Assembly: GCA_002633005.1 (NCBI GenBank)
Contig: NMRA01000754.1
Coordinates: forward strand, 62,001-126,000
Reading direction: 5' to 3'
Length of the DNA: 64,000 bases
Source: Phoronis australis
Lineage: Eukaryota; Animalia; Phoronida
Shown here: positions 38,101-53,200 of the stretch, piece after piece
Position numbering within the stretch: the first letter of the stretch is position 1
Layout of the letters: each line of letters begins with the position of its first letter
The notes under the pieces: generated by a model
The model's input: only the letters and a program-made list of their open reading frames with translations
What the model was told of the DNA's origin: nothing
The model's database searches: none
Position numbers and translations under genes: made by a program

Positions 38101-40623
38101 TGTGGACGATGTAATGGTGAGTAGATTGTCTGCTCCACACAACCTTCACGTTGCCATGGTGACTGAAGCTCTTGTCATGCTTTCATACGTTTAAAGTCAG
38201 TTTAACATGTATTTCTGTTCTTCATTTCAAAGTAGACGTCTTTGTTAAAATTAAAATTTGATCACAAATTGAGTATGTATTTTTCAGGGCTTGAAATTTT
38301 CATCTTAAAGGGGGTTTCCTCTTTTTAATTTTGATTTCCTCTTGTAAAATTTCCAATTTCCTCTTTTTTGTCTCTTTATCAGTTTTTACAAAAATGTTTA
38401 TTTCAGTTAATTTTTGCGAAGACAATTTTATCATACAAGCCTATTTATTTGCGAAACAATACATCACCTGTAATATTTTCCTCTTTTCTGTCACTGGTCA
38501 TTCCAACCCCTGAGTTTAATGGATAATTCATGGTGATTTGTTTCTTGGTTGGTTGTAAGTACAACTGTTAGTAAATTCACAGAGCTTGAATACAGTAAAA
38601 AATCTTCAAAGTGGGCTGCTAAAATTAATTATGTTACTCAAGTTCGGAGCTTGTCCCACATTCTAAAAATACTGGTCGTCCCAAATTCAAGAAACACCAG
38701 AAAGATGTCAAAATTACCCACTCACTAGATTGAAAACAAATTGTTCAAAATTCGAGAAATGTGATGAACGTCAAAATCTCCCTTGTCCCAAATTCCAAAA
38801 TCTAGAAATTTAAATTAAATTTTGTGGGAGTTTACATGTCCCAAATTCTAGAGACTGTCCCAAGTTAGAGAATTTTTACTGTTTGCTTTAAGTGACCAAC
38901 AAGCCCAGTGGGCTGGGTGTTCAAGTAACACTGGTCACTGTAATAAATTTATTTTATCTCTCTGTTATCAAGCCAAAATGTACATGGACCCAATGAAAGC
39001 ATGGGCAATATTATTCAAGCTGTTTGGATTCGCCTTGTTCATGGTTATACACTGAAATTGCATAACCTTCCTTGAAATGTGGCAGACCTTGTTTTATCAC
39101 ACTTATTTGTTATGAAAAAAGTGTTATAATTGGAGTTAGCCCATAAAGCCCTTGATTTATGTTACGGACCATCAATCTTATTGAAGCTTGCAGCACAACA
39201 TTGGTTACCTGGAAACGAGGTTTCCAAGCTTGGAATGCAATGTTGACAAGTGGTGACTGGCACAAACTTATTCAAGATTTTTTGACAAACCTGATGTGTT
39301 TCAAGTACATGTTGGTAGCCTTGTTCAAGCTAACCAATTTAAGTTTAGAGAAAGAACTAAATGAAATACTAATTTCTTTTTCCATCCATTTTTTATAAAT
39401 ACAGGTCCACTATCAATTCAAGTAGTCATTAAGGCTTAACGTTAAAATTCCAAGAGCCTCGCACTATTGATTGTGGATGCAAGGTCAAAAAGACTTTGAA
39501 CACATCCTTCCTAAGGGTGCTTTTGTTGCGAAGAGATGTACTATTTAAAATACAAAGCATTTAGTACATCTTGACTATTCGTAATATGTCCAACTCGTTA
39601 GAGTGTTTTCTTGTGTGTGTGGTCCTCAGTTTATTTGCTAGCCTCAATTGTTTCTACCTTTTTTGTTTCAGTCTGGTAAAATCCCAGCTGACACCTCAAT
39701 GGGCCGCCAACTGTTAAACCTGGTCAGTAATGTGCCCAAAATAGATACAGACGAGTTTGAGTCGATGTTGAATTCAAACATGAAGGTAAAATTTCTTACT
39801 CCTATAAGTAATGGAATGGGTGCCTGGACATGCTTGATGATGTACGAAAACTTGTAGCATTGTTAGTGTGGGTAATATACTCCAAACGTACACCTAAGTG
39901 ACATGTCTGTGCAATATCTATTCTGTGGTCAGAATTTTGCAGACTGGCCAACACGTCTTTGTGCAAACACAAAATGTTTTTATAGTATTTTGACTATATT
40001 TGAAAATCTAGTTCTGAGCTATTAACCAGAATTTCCATAAGTATGTCTACCCTGGCTCTCAAATGATTTTCCCAGCATCAGATTTGTTTCACAAGATCCA
40101 CCAAGTTTAGTTTTTTTTAACCGTTTATTTCACCCAACAAACAATACATGACATAATACACCTGCCTGCCCTCAAATGGAAGACATGCAGGCAGAGTAAT
40201 GGTAAAGATAACAGTGGGTATAAAATTTATATTATAAATATAGTCACCACCTTATAACAAATGTCACAGAAAAGAACTTATGGCGATACATACTTATCTG
40301 CACTAAAACCACTGAGTTTACTTCGACAACTGTTTCTATATATTAGTGTTCAGCTTGTGTGTTATGACTTCTGATGTTGTTTGTGGCAAAACACTTCATA
40401 ACTGAACAGCTCAAATTCCAAGTTGTGGTTTGTCCTTGAAAGTTTGGTTTAAATGTTCCCAAGTCTTTCTTGGTGAGCTTTAATTAATGTGAAATGTGTG
40501 AAGTTGTTGACTTCATCATCATTACGTGTTTTGTTTCAGGATCTACTGATGGTTGTCTATCTATCAAATCTGACAAGAACTCAGCTGATGTTGAACAGTC
40601 AGATAGCTTCACTGAAAATGTAG
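29178..40623 (+). CDS. EIF3F: Eukaryotic translation initiation factor 3 subunit F (MPN domain), 275 aa
   Basis: Exons 29178-29289, 31704-31774, 32758-32837, 33587-33724, 34542-34633, 37980-38116, 39672-39785 and 40540-40623 (828 nt, GT-AG, phases consistent). Motifs [75 protein letters not shown] at 40907-40912. Confidence 0.96.
30745..31290. repeat. 69-bp minisatellite, about 8 copies, in eIF3F intron 1
   Basis: Unit GTACCAGTCTGTGTCAATATACCAGTCTGGCTATAGTTCATG(G/A)TCTAAATCCTTCCTGTATAAGCACAT. Confidence 0.95.
34645..34838. repeat. 37-bp minisatellite, about 5 copies, truncated at N34839
   Basis: Unit CTCTGATGCATCTCTGAGAA(G/A)TGTACCACCCATGTCA. Confidence 0.9.
34970..36377 (+). other. EIF3F: Second copy of eIF3F exons 4-5 and flanking introns (exons 35304-35441 and 36275-36366); probable uncollapsed haplotype
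   Basis: Repeats ~33253-34644 with scattered intronic SNPs/indels and identical exon translation, starting shortly after N34839. Confidence 0.85.
36378..36895. repeat. 37-bp minisatellite, 14 near-perfect copies
   Basis: Same unit as 34645-34838, beginning 12 nt into the intron after exon 5. Confidence 0.95.
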
Positions 40624-41203
40624 GACATTTTTTGAGGTGCGACAATTGCAACACGCATTGGAACATTCAGTAGACTAAGTTTGACAATGTCTACAGTCCC
40701 AGCCTAGAGTTGTGCCGCCATGTCAGTAAAATTTGTTGGTCTATGTCTACCGCAACCACCACAGAAACCTTGGATTTCCACAATAACAGAAAGTCTAATG
40801 AAACTCATGGAATTGGTCTTCACTTATGGAATTACGAGTTTCTATCGGTTATCACATATTTCAGTAGTAAATACCAGAGATTCTCAAACACAGATATATA
40901 TGAGAAAATAAAATTGTAGCAAAAAAGTAGTTTTAAGATAATTATTTTACATGTGTACATGTAAAATTTTCCTCAGCAACATCAACTTTAAGTTTACCTG
41001 AACAATATGGCTGCCACACTCGTGAACATAGTTCCTCGCTTATAGACATGGCTCACAGACCCGATCAGCACAGTTCACCGACTCACAACATGGAGTCCGT
41101 GCACCATGTTGATAGGTCAGGAACGTAAGTTTTGTCTTGTGAGTCTTGCTTGAGCAAGTTATTCTTTGGATGTTAATGTTTTACATCTCATTCTTAAGTG
41201 CTT

Positions 41204-44200
41204 TTATAAGGGGGTAGTGTTGACACCGTTCTCATTAACACTTTCACGCGAGGCTGCAGTAACCTTGTCAGGATTCTCTCCTGGGTCCCCTGGTTTGTAC
41301 AATAACCATGCTACCAGACCAAGTCCAAAAGACAGCACTTTCACTAAAACAGTAACGAGCCCCATTTTCCACGCTAAGCTATCAATGCCATAATACAGGC
41401 AAGACGTCTGTTGTCCGCACTTCTCGCCCCAAACGATGCAGGCTGTGTCAAATATGTAGCCGACAACAATGGGTCCGGGTATGGTACCTGTAACAACATG
41501 GTTGCAAATGGATCAGATAGACAACCTTAGATTTCATTTGGGGATAATTCCATTCAGCAACTAGATATAAAAATGTGCAGTGAAGAGGATCACTTTTCTT
41601 AATAGTAAAAATACAAGGTCAAGGTCAATACAAACTTACAACAGCATTAAATTATTAGGCTCAATGTAAACCTTCAAATAACACAATCAGATGTCTGTGG
41701 CAATAGACATGTCTTCCACCAGGAATTGTTTTACTGGGGTGAGGACTAATTTGCCTGTGAAAAAATTAACGGGAAGTGCATTTCAACTTTACACTCTCCA
41801 TCCATAATCTCACCTCTCACAACTTGCATTGAGCAAATGACACAATATAAATGTGCACACCAAATACAAAATAGTTTTTGATAAGCACCATCAAAAGAAG
41901 CCTTGATGCATTCATCTGCACATGGAGGACTGTAAGCCTTACTGGTGACTAATACATTAAGTCCTACCTAAAACCCGTGCTGTCACCCATCCACACCCAG
42001 TTGCTAGAGACCTCTGTGGGTAGGGTACGCACCTACAAAATGCATATTATTACCAGCGACAGCCATGTTACAGAAGGGCAACATGACTTATGATAAGTAT
42101 AACAAGTCTAGTCGCAGCTCCGACAGTCGCAAGCCCGTTACTGCAAACGCGATGCTGTGTCTTGGAAAAGCTACAACATGGCGACAGACCTTATGTTGAT
42201 ATTTTATCATATTCATACTTAATGACTGCCTACACACGCCTCAATAATGAACTGTCTGAAGTTAAAATTAAAGTTACGACTGTCTTGGCTAAGACTGGAC
42301 TTCCAACCTTTGATAAAACAGGCCCATGGTCTTCCTAAGTAATGAGTTTGTCAGAGCTACTTACAGTATAGGTCAGCCACCCTTCGAAAATGTGGCAATT
42401 GTTAAAGGTCAATTTGGCAAGATTAACCATATACCACACAGCTTCTGCTTTCAGAATATGTTATTCATAAGTTCTTTACACATCATTTTAAGCGTTGGTA
42501 AAAAGTACAAACAATAAAAATGCAACAATTAACAATAACGGGAAGAATATAAATATTCTTGATAAATCAAATTTCATGAAAATCCAAGAAATTTGCACGA
42601 GACCGTAGGAAACAAATTTAAAATAAAATAGCCAGAGTTAGGCACAACAATGGTCAGATTTGATAGAAATCATCGTCTGTGGATGGCCAACTTAACAGGA
42701 ACATTGGCCAAATCCTGCAAGGGTCTTCAGGAGAAACCACTGCAAACGAAGGGCAAATTGCACGTTCATTGTGTACACATGTTTAAAGTGACGTTGTACA
42801 GACCTTAGAATGACCTGAATCTGCGGCGTGGCTACCATAAACATAAGGAAAACGAAGAGGAAGAGCATGACCATGAAGGCAGGCATGAGGTTACATGAGG
42901 TCACACACTTGCCAGTAGTGGCCTGAACTGTAGAGTTAGCCAGACACGAACAGTTGGTGTAGATCTGGGAAAGAGAAGGCAACGTGGGCTGTGTGAATAA
43001 GGGTGAGATCGTGCAAGTCTGCCAGATATCACCATGAACCTTTTTACAGATAAAGTGAGATGTAACATGAAAAATAGATTGTGGAAAGTCATTTAGCATT
43101 AAAGCAAAATGAAACAAGAGAATGTGCACATTTCCAGTCAGCCCTGGGACGGCGAGAATGTAATGTATTTTGCAAATCCGAGTCTGCTCAGGTGCATGCA
43201 TGCAGCAATTTGTTATCTTCAAATCACTCAATGCATTACAACCAAAGGACTTAAACTCACCAACTTTCACTCAAATCTTGTGCCAAGCAACAGGCACTGC
43301 AATCTTCTGAAGGTTCGTTTGGAAAATTTCAAAAAACCGAAAGTTAGAGAACGGCATGTTATTAACCGCTGAATAGACATTAATTTCAGTTGCAACTTAG
43401 CAAGAACAGTGACACAATCCACAATGCTTTTCAAATGGCACGTAATAGGCCATTAAAAATAAATTTACCCATCGTCCAACCTGAGAAGTGTACACACCTT
43501 TGAATTCTGAGTAGTGGAACATCCAGCATGACATGGTGAAAAGTACATGATATCACCAGCACATACTGGTTGATATATCTCCGCACTACAGTCACAGGCA
43601 GTGTTGCATGTTGAGGATAAGTTGAGCATGGAATGACTTGTATTACTGTAAAGAATGAATGATGTTGTATCACCACCACACAATGGCAGGTATAGGAATA
43701 GGTGGAATAAGATTTCATGGGGTTCCAATCATGATTTTTTTTCGAAAGGAAAAAAATTCGCTGAGGCCCCACGAATGGAATGCCCACGGTTTTTTAGTAA
43801 TGCTCCAGGCCCCTTAAATCCACCTATGGTTATAGGTCTCTGGATTACCTTGTTACCGCAAACACAGTGCAAATACCGGTAGCACTTCCGTAAGCTCAGA
43901 AATCATTTACAACCTAAGATTTCCAACCTGGTACAATCTGATATCAACCTTAGTGGTCAAATTCAGGGCTTTTTAGTGCTGTAGTGGGACATAGGCGCAC
44001 GTAGGCACAGCCAACCCCCTTTTGGCATTTGAACGTAGCGCCTACACACCGTAAGTAACGTTATAGTAGGGCGTAGGTGCACGTCGGCACATTATGCATT
44101 AAGACTTTTCCATGCAGTACAGCTGAATGTGAATGAGGATTCGGCGAAAGGAATCAGATGGCCAACAGACAATCAAAGGGCCACTGACGACAAACCACAT

Positions 44201-47200
44201 GGGCGACTAAAAACACTGCCCGTATACATTTTTTGGGCATTACACACCTAAATTTTCCTTTATAATTGTGTTTGGACCCCCTTCAAAGGCCGCTTGGAAT
44301 GCACACGGACCTTTGGCTTCCTATATGTGTGGTTGGGCCCCCTTTCTGTGACATCCTAGATTCGCCACTGCAGACTCGAAGTGAAATACCCACTCGTGAG
44401 TTAAAAATAGGCCTACATGATTTTGAGAATTCAGCGCACTTTTAAAATTCAGTGCTCAAGGTGATATGGTGGGCTTCGGGTGCCTAGTACTTACCTCTAA
44501 TTTTACCACTGACTACTATACAGCACTGGGGCTTTTTTTGACAGCGTTTGATATTATAATCACTCCCGGTGGGCAAATAATGGCTTTAAACATGGGCTTG
44601 TAAGTGACTGCTCAGGGAAATTACCAACAGGAGACAATGACACGTGAGATTTTAAAATGTGAGACATGGTTGTCACAGCTTGGCACACAACTTGAATCTC
44701 AATCAAAAAATATTGTGACAATGAGTAGATAATTGAGCTAATGATCAATAAAATACAATAAAATGAAGAATTTTAAATAAAATTCATCACAGTATTTTAT
44801 TGTCACACTTTTGTCTAATAAGGTAGTTTGAATTTTTGACAGTGACAACAGTTGCCAATATAGGTCCTGCCCTATTTAAAATCCAGGAACATTTTTGGAG
44901 GTATTAGATGATTCAAATACTTGTCCTATTAGTTCCTTTGGTCATGCACACAAGTCACACCTCCCCATTGTGTTGTCCTTATTACTGATATCCATCTCCC
45001 TTGCCTAATTCCAAAACAAAAGAAGCCAGTCATTTAACTCCAGGCATTGTAAAATGCAGCTATTGGAATCGGGTTAACCTGGGAAATACAAGTCATTCAA
45101 CTTGGCCGTTGGATGACGTAGTACATGTAGCTAATGGGAAAAAATTGTCCACTCCCCCCTCCCCTCCCCTGGTGCTTGTGCCTTATAAAAGAGAATATTA
45201 TGGGATGAGACGAAAATTTTACCACCCGATCACCGTAAATAGCTGACTCCCACTCTATTGCACGCCCACAAAGGCTCTGCCGCAAATAGTCAAAACTAAT
45301 GTTAACTTTGTACTCTTTCAAATTGAAACCTGTGTGAGTTACAAATGATTCAAACCTCGTGAGGAATTTTTCAATCACTTGTCTTAATGAGGGAAATCGC
45401 ATGATTTTTCAATATTCTTCTCAACCTGTTTTAATTCATGATGTTACATATATTTCATTGTTGTTTTATTACTTCATTGTATTATATTACTGTTTTTCTT
45501 GTTGAGGGCCCTCTTGGAAAGCAGTGCTATCACTGAAGAGGCCTCCCTCATTTTAAATATCACAATAATAAATAATACATAAATAAAAATGAGGCTGATA
45601 TTCGGCACCCAAAATTGAGGGATTGAGGGCCCTACAATCACAACTTACCCTGTCAAATAGTCGACTGTCACCCCAGCATACTGTGCATTGTCACATCCCA
45701 TGATGAGAAAGAGAGACGAACCGACCAGCAGTGCCACTCCCAGACATATACTACAGTACCTGAGCATCTGACCACAGTCCATGTTCAACTTGTGCATGAT
45801 AATCCCACTCAGAAGTGCCCCCCCGGTAGCAGCTGTAACCACTATGGCACCTGAAGATGAATCAATTAACCATGGCAGGTGTACTGTGAGACATGTCAGA
45901 CATTTAGACCACACCCATAAAAGCAGTCTAATCATGGAACACTTAGTCTGAGTGACGTATGTCAGACATAAAGTGGAACTTGCACGCTATTTCTTCATCT
46001 CTGTGATTGCTTGGTCAAATTAGTTAGAAACACAACATATAGCGATGATGTGAATATGAAGTAGGTTGAAAATTGCCAAATGTTTCTAAGAACGAGTTTC
46101 GTGTCGAAAATGAACTACCAGAAATCACTCAATCGTGTCCAGTATGTATAGTGACATGGTGTTGTCGACCAACAACACTGCATGATGAGGGCCATATGAG
46201 CCCCTAACTTATGTCATGAGTGCAAAGCTCACCTATTTGCAGAATTTTTGTTTACACAATTACAAGATGCCAATGAATACAACTGCACTAGTGTAGATGA
46301 TGTTCAAATAGTTCCTTCTATACATTAGCATAGTTATGAGCATGCAAATAAATCTTTAAGACCGTGTCCTTACTAATCATGGTATGGTACACAATGCGAT
46401 ATAGTTAGACCACGTCCACAACATGAGAACTTCACGATACTTTGAATTCATTCCGCTGCCGACTGCTTAACAGCGGCAAAAATCTTTCCAATTCCAAAAA
46501 TGGAGCACTGACGTAGATATACTGTCGTTAGAAAATAAAATGGAAACCAAAAATGTTGCAGTTCATGCTTTCATTAATAACTGCCAACAAATTGAAAACC
46601 ACTAAAAATTCAGCAATGACGGTGTAAAAACCAAAGAAATAGTCCTGAATTGACAATTTTTTGCAAAATCTCAAATTAAAAACAGGTAGACAAAGAGCAT
46701 TGTGGGTTAAGAAAAACGCGAGCACCAAACAATGTGTACCTGAGTACGTGGACGATGCCGAAGCGCTTACGCTGAAGACACTTTCCAACAATTTTGGTAA
46801 GAACGAAGCATAAGCTCCCATTAAAAATCCCTCCATACTGTCGCTGAGAATGCACATAACATATGTTTTATTAGACAGCAGGTTTTTTAAAGCCAGTGGT
46901 AAGTCTTTGACAGTCTTTCCAAAGTTTTTCTGCAAAACTTTAGCATCGCTACCAATTTGAGCCTCATTAGTTCGTGCTTCTCGGTAACTCGCTGTGTCTG
47001 CAATCAAGCATACAACAATGTAAAGAAAAAATTGCAAATCCAATTCAACGTTTTTTGCAAAACTTTAGCATTGGTACCAATCTGAGCCTCATTAGTACGT
47101 AGTTCTAAGTAACTCACTGTATCTGCAATCAAGCATACAATAATGTAAGAAAAAAATCACAAATCCATTTCAAAGTTTTTTAAAACAGCTTTGTTAAAAT

Positions 47201-50200
47201 GGCTCTAAACCTACATTGCATCAAAAAAGTGAACTTTCGATTGAAACCACTTACCACAGTGACTATAACAATTTTCAACTCGTTCGTTACTCAAGTGAAG
47301 TGATTTCTTCTAAATGGGCTTGCCAAGAACTGCATGACAATTTGTTCTTCCTCGAGACAATGCAATGCGAATAAAATGACGCCGCCCATGACAAGCCAAC
47401 TTACAGAGCATGAGCAATGACAAAATGACAGTTCTTTCGAAGCACTGAAATCCCCTCTAATTTAAGTAATTATTTGACACCAATAATTAGTTACTGTACA
47501 GTAAGTGCTCTAAATAACAGGTTGACCTTCTATAAAAGGTGGATTTATACATGCTTAAAGCATTGGTGAAATTAAAAATGACTGAGCATTAAGAGGAAAT
47601 AGAAAAACAATCAGAATTATGAGGTAAGAGCGACAATGCAATGGTTGGTCAAGTATAGAGTTCACACAAATACAGCATTAACAAGGAGAGGGACAGCTCT
47701 GACAAAGTGTGGTGCATGTGAATACTCATCAGCTGTCTCATGATAGCCACCTGATGATCAGCTCAGAAATACAATAAAAGATCTGCTTTGATTCGTATAG
47801 CGAAAAAATTAAATTCTGAATGATTAACTTGTGTCTGGGTTCTGCTGGGGCAATGTGACCATGTGTAATGCATAAGATCAAATTTCTGCCTTTAGTCACT
47901 TTTCAGGAAACACACCCCCCGAGGACAACACAAAACAGAACAAGTATTCAACAAGCTCACTGGGAAGTTGCCTTGCATATCCACTGAGTGGTATGGCAAT
48001 GATCAACGCCAGGATGCCACAGATAACCAGTCCTAACCACCATGCACCATACCAGCGGGGGTCCTCAGCACTCAAGTTTACACTAGAAAAAAGCAATAAA
48101 AGCAAACAGATGAAAAGATCAACTATATTGTTGATGTGACCACATATTGCGGTGCAAACTGAAGCCAACAGGATTTTTTCATGCATCGATCTGTGCAAAT
48201 AAACACAGATTAACAAGCAGTTTAAGGTTCTGGCTGAGAAGATAAGTGCTTTATTACATCCCATGGATTCTGAATAATCCAGCCCGGAATGTATTGAAAC
48301 TCCACTTAAAATGGATGGAGTAACATCACTGACAGTATGAACAAAGAGTGGAGTTTAGCATTAATTAATGAAAAATTTGGATGATCATCCCAGAAATGTC
48401 AAGCCCTACTGTCCTTGTGTCCAACAAGACAAGTGATTGACTATTACTTCATACCTAGCCATGTCTATTGCCCCTATATCTCCATACACTGTTAGAATCT
48501 GTCCAGTGCTCAGGTATCCAGCCGCAGGTCCAAGGATAGAAAAACAATAAAGTAATGCTAAAATGAAGGAAACAGCAGAGCATAAGGCAAAGTCAAAATA
48601 AACAAAACAGCAACACATAATTGACAAACTTCATTAAATGATGCAAAACCAAAATGAGAATTGCAGCAGGAGGGGAATTGTTTTGACATAGCACTGCTGC
48701 ACACTAGAGTTCCATCATGAGCAAACTGACACATGAGGAAGCATGATGAGTAAATTACAAACCATTGCTGCAAAAACGAGCACAACTACTAAGCCAGTTC
48801 CAACAAAAATCAACAACGCTGTCTGTGGGTAAAGATATTAATTATTATTAAGCATAAACAGTCAGTAAATATGAAGATTTCTAACTCACAGGTATAAAGA
48901 GCAGAGCTGCTCTGCTTGACATTCTCATCAAGATAAACAAAGGTGAGGGTAAACATGGGTGACGCCCCAAAGCCATGGAGTAGTTGAGCCACTAGGAACC
49001 ACCAAAAATAGTTGGAGAGGCTATTAGACTTCTGGCAGTCCATGTTACTTGTTGCGTTTCTATCTGAAAATCACAGACAGTTTATGTTGGCAGTGAAATT
49101 ATACAGGTACAATACTTTCATTACAAACTCTCTATCTTCTAGGGTATTAAAAGCTAGATGCATTATCATTGACCTAGTTTGAGCACCAACACACTTCTGA
49201 GCTGGGTTGAACACGTAAAGAAAGATATGAGTGTTGCGTCAATTCATCGCGCATATTACAAAACTTTAGTAGCATTTCTAGTGCAAGTGACCCCAAATAC
49301 ATTTAGAAATTGTTGCACAATTTGGTCACTTGCACTAAAAATTATGCATGGTAAGAGGGCTTGAGTGTGGTTATAAGTTCAGGGTCCGTGGTAATGGTTT
49401 TTGTTTGTGTTATTAGTTAGATTATCCAGAAAAGGTAAGAGTTGGTTTTCATCCCGACTCAATTAGCAGGTCAAAGGTGAATCGGAAACACATGGTCTTG
49501 GGCAACAGCTTTTCTGTTCTAGCCATGTTTTAATGATTCGATCACAGGAATTTTCCCATAGACGGTAAAGTAGATAAGTGACCCAACTTTGCTGCTTCAG
49601 ATTTCCCCCAGCGGATGAGCTTTGCCAGTTCAGGTGTTGGGGAGAAGATGTTTTCAGACAATGTATTGGGCATGCATTAAAAAACAGAGGAAAGTTCTGA
49701 TATCCAAAGCCAGTATTTTCGCAGACATAACATTGAGTGGTCTGGTCACTGCCATGTTATCTTTACGATCGGAAAGTTCAAATTTGTCAGAGAAAATACT
49801 GCACTGAAGGTCCCTACCTGAGTGGAAAATGTGTGACAAATAGGGGAATTGGTATAAGCTCAAAACTAATTAAGATAAAATGCGGGCCTGCGTGACTTCA
49901 AAATATGACTATTTCAAATCACTGATATCTCTTCAAAACACCTAGTATCCAGATGCAGCAGTCTGGCCAGCAATAAAGGTAGTCACTATAACAAGGAAAA
50001 CAGGAAACGATTTTATAATTTATACACCCAAAATTTGCACATGTATTGAATTTGCAACCATAACAACTAAATGGTGCCACAGTCGCAAAACCATGCTCAA
50101 ATTTGAACACTGCCATAAAAATACAATGTATTTAATCAGAACATACAGATTTATGTGAAAGAGGGCTGGACAAGGGAACAAATCAACAAGCTCTCTGAGT

Positions 50201-53200
50201 CAAATGGCTACTCTGCCAACGCCTTACCTGGCACACATTTTGAGTCAATCTTCGAGTCATACTCGTAGAGTCCTGTAGTAAACTGCGGCAAGGCGAAGAA
50301 AAGTGATCCAACACCCATGATGGCGCAGCCAGCAGCTGGAAGGTAAATTAATACTGTCAAATAGTAAGAGTGAACAGGTGAAACCCCTTTTGCAGTGATT
50401 TATGTGAAATGATGAATTATGACTTTCTTATTAACTGTAAAAAGTTAAGAAAACAGTATCAGACATTGAGTCTGTCTAGTGAACAATAGTATTCTCTACA
50501 TGTAACCTTATGTACAGGAAAATGTTTTGAAACATGAAGAAAAATAAATAACACCATTTTTCAGCTCATACAGTACTCAAAACATTGAAGATTTTTTACT
50601 GCGTTTTATTTGATGGAAACTAACTGTGCTAATAATAGAATAGGTTTTATGCATTTTTGTTGGGAAATTTGACAATACTTCACTGTGTTTTAAGACAGTT
50701 AACACTTAGTACTGAAAACTCAAAGATTACAGAGGTTTAAATCCTTTAATATGCCAGAATGATTTTAAAAAATGCTCACATACTTAACGTCATTAAAATT
50801 CAAATGTCCATTTTAACACATCTCCTTACCTATCCAGCGCCCTTTGTGACCCTGTCCACCTTTGTAAGTGACCAACACTAAGACTAATACCACACCAACA
50901 TCATAAAATGCACTGATTAACCCCGTCTGGGTACTGGACAAACCAAATCTCTTCTCTAACATGGATAGAGAGCCAGAAACCATTCCATTAATAGCAGCCC
51001 CTGCAACAGAGAACCAGGGCAACTTCAATCAAATATGCCGCACGGCCCAGACACCAAGAAAGAACTAAAGGCCGAAACTAAAATTACAATAAATGCTGTC
51101 AACTCCTACATATTTCACATATTTTGGCCCTAACACAATTTCACAGAAAGGTTCACATTGAAAATCTCTTGCCTCACCTAGTACTTCGTACATGGTCATT
51201 TTTGCAATCAAGGCCCATGTGGGATATCTCATGCTGTTGCGAACATGAGGTGAAAGGAGTGACTGGCCAGTGTCCTGTGTGACCCACAGGCATTTGCTCA
51301 GAAGAGCGTTCTAACTACCGTATAAACTGGACATTCCCTTTAAGCGAGATAAGGATTGATTTGGTGATGTCTTTTGAATTTCTCCAAGTCAGGTGGTCAG
51401 CCTGACCACTTCCATCCATATTCCAGTTTCACTCTAGAGGATGGTCATCAGTAGAGCCTGGGGCTATATTCATTAGCTTACGTAAATGCCGTTTACAATA
51501 CAAAAGTTGACACGAATCAGCTGACATGGAACGAGATGTTCTAGCGCGAGTATGTGTATAAACGGGACTGACACGGAGCAAATTGACACCGGGGTGACAA
51601 CATTTGCCACCCGTTTGTGAGGTAGAGCAATTTGCGCTTGATCATCTTGCTCCATGTCTATTATATGTCTAAACGTGAAACTGGGGCAAGGTAGAAAGGA
51701 TCATCTCTACTGCGCTTGTGCAATGACCTACATACTGGTTCTCTGCCTGCAACTCCCATCATTTGTAAACCTGCGCATGAGCGTTCCCTTCTCCAGCCTA
51801 CAACTTCCGCCACAGTTAGTGAGTTATGTGTGAAATCAGCCACTTGACACCGATCAATCTGCTACGTGTTAGTTGCCCCTGGCCATAAGTTGATGTCAAA
51901 CAGGACTACAGTGAAGTAGCTTTTGCTTAACAGATTGTGTCTGAAAGCAGCCAGGCTCTCTTTTTCCTTTTTCGTGAGGAGGGGACATGAAAACCAATGG
52001 AAGCCATAAAATATTGGAGGAGTGAAAATTCAGTTTAGTGTCTGGTTTCTTGAATTTTCAAAAATTGGTCATGCAATAGCAAGTTTGTCTACAAAACTGC
52101 AACAGCCTTGCTATTGGTTAGAAAGGAGTTTGCAGCATGGCTTATCAGCTAATTATACGCATCACTGCAGACTCACAACAGAAAGTGAGGCTGAAAGAAT
52201 GTGGATAAACCAGTTATTGTGCTGAAGGAATCTCGTTTAAAGGCAGCTTTCATCGATACTAATGTTGAGGCCTCCATGTTTTGGGGAATTGCAGTTATGG
52301 TACATGAACGCTTAACATCGGTCCTGGATCGAAGTTAACAGCGCCACTGAGTTAACTTAGCACTAAACAGATGGATTTAAGAGCGGAGCGTCGATGCTGT
52401 GGTGCTGTGTGATGCAGTCACCTTCGGTCCCATTGAAGTTATCGCCAGGTTCCACTGTTATCGTCAACAATTAAAGGGTATAAGTGTCGTCGCTAATAGT
52501 TGCTTATATTTTGATCGAATAATCACCCATTGAATTAAAAATAAATTTTATGTCAATTAGCACATGTGTATGAACATGTTCCCAAATTGTCATATTAAAA
52601 AAATCTTAGCATGCAGCGCTATCTTGCGATTACTTCGATTGCCACAGCGTCACCTACCCTTTACTTCGAAGTCCGTTAACTACTGAAGCCAGTATGAAAG
52701 GTATAGTTAACATCGCAGTTTACATCGACGCTCCGTGCAGAGTTAAGTCAGTACGAAAAGGCCTTAAAGGACATGTTCACCACATGGTAAATAAATGCTT
52801 AATCATTATGAAAAAAAACATTGGCAACCCATAGGCAACAGTTCATTAAATTTGCACACTGGACAGTTGGTGCTGCATGGTTACTCAGTTAACTTCACGC
52901 ACCCATTATTAAGTAAACCAAGAAGTCTACGTATTCACCTATTTCACATACCCGGACTACCAGATCATATCTAACTTAATTTGTGCCAAGTAAGTGGAAA
53001 ATTACTGTGCAAAGTTTGATTATCCCTGTCCACCATTACATGATTGGGTATGTCGTAGACAGACCAATTACCTTGCACGACAATCATCGCACACAAAAAG
53101 CCGAGTAGCCATCTTGAGTTATGAATAACCTGTAGAAATGACGGTGTGAATTTGAACCAGCCATACTTGGGCTCCCCCACGTGGCTACCCTTGACACCAT

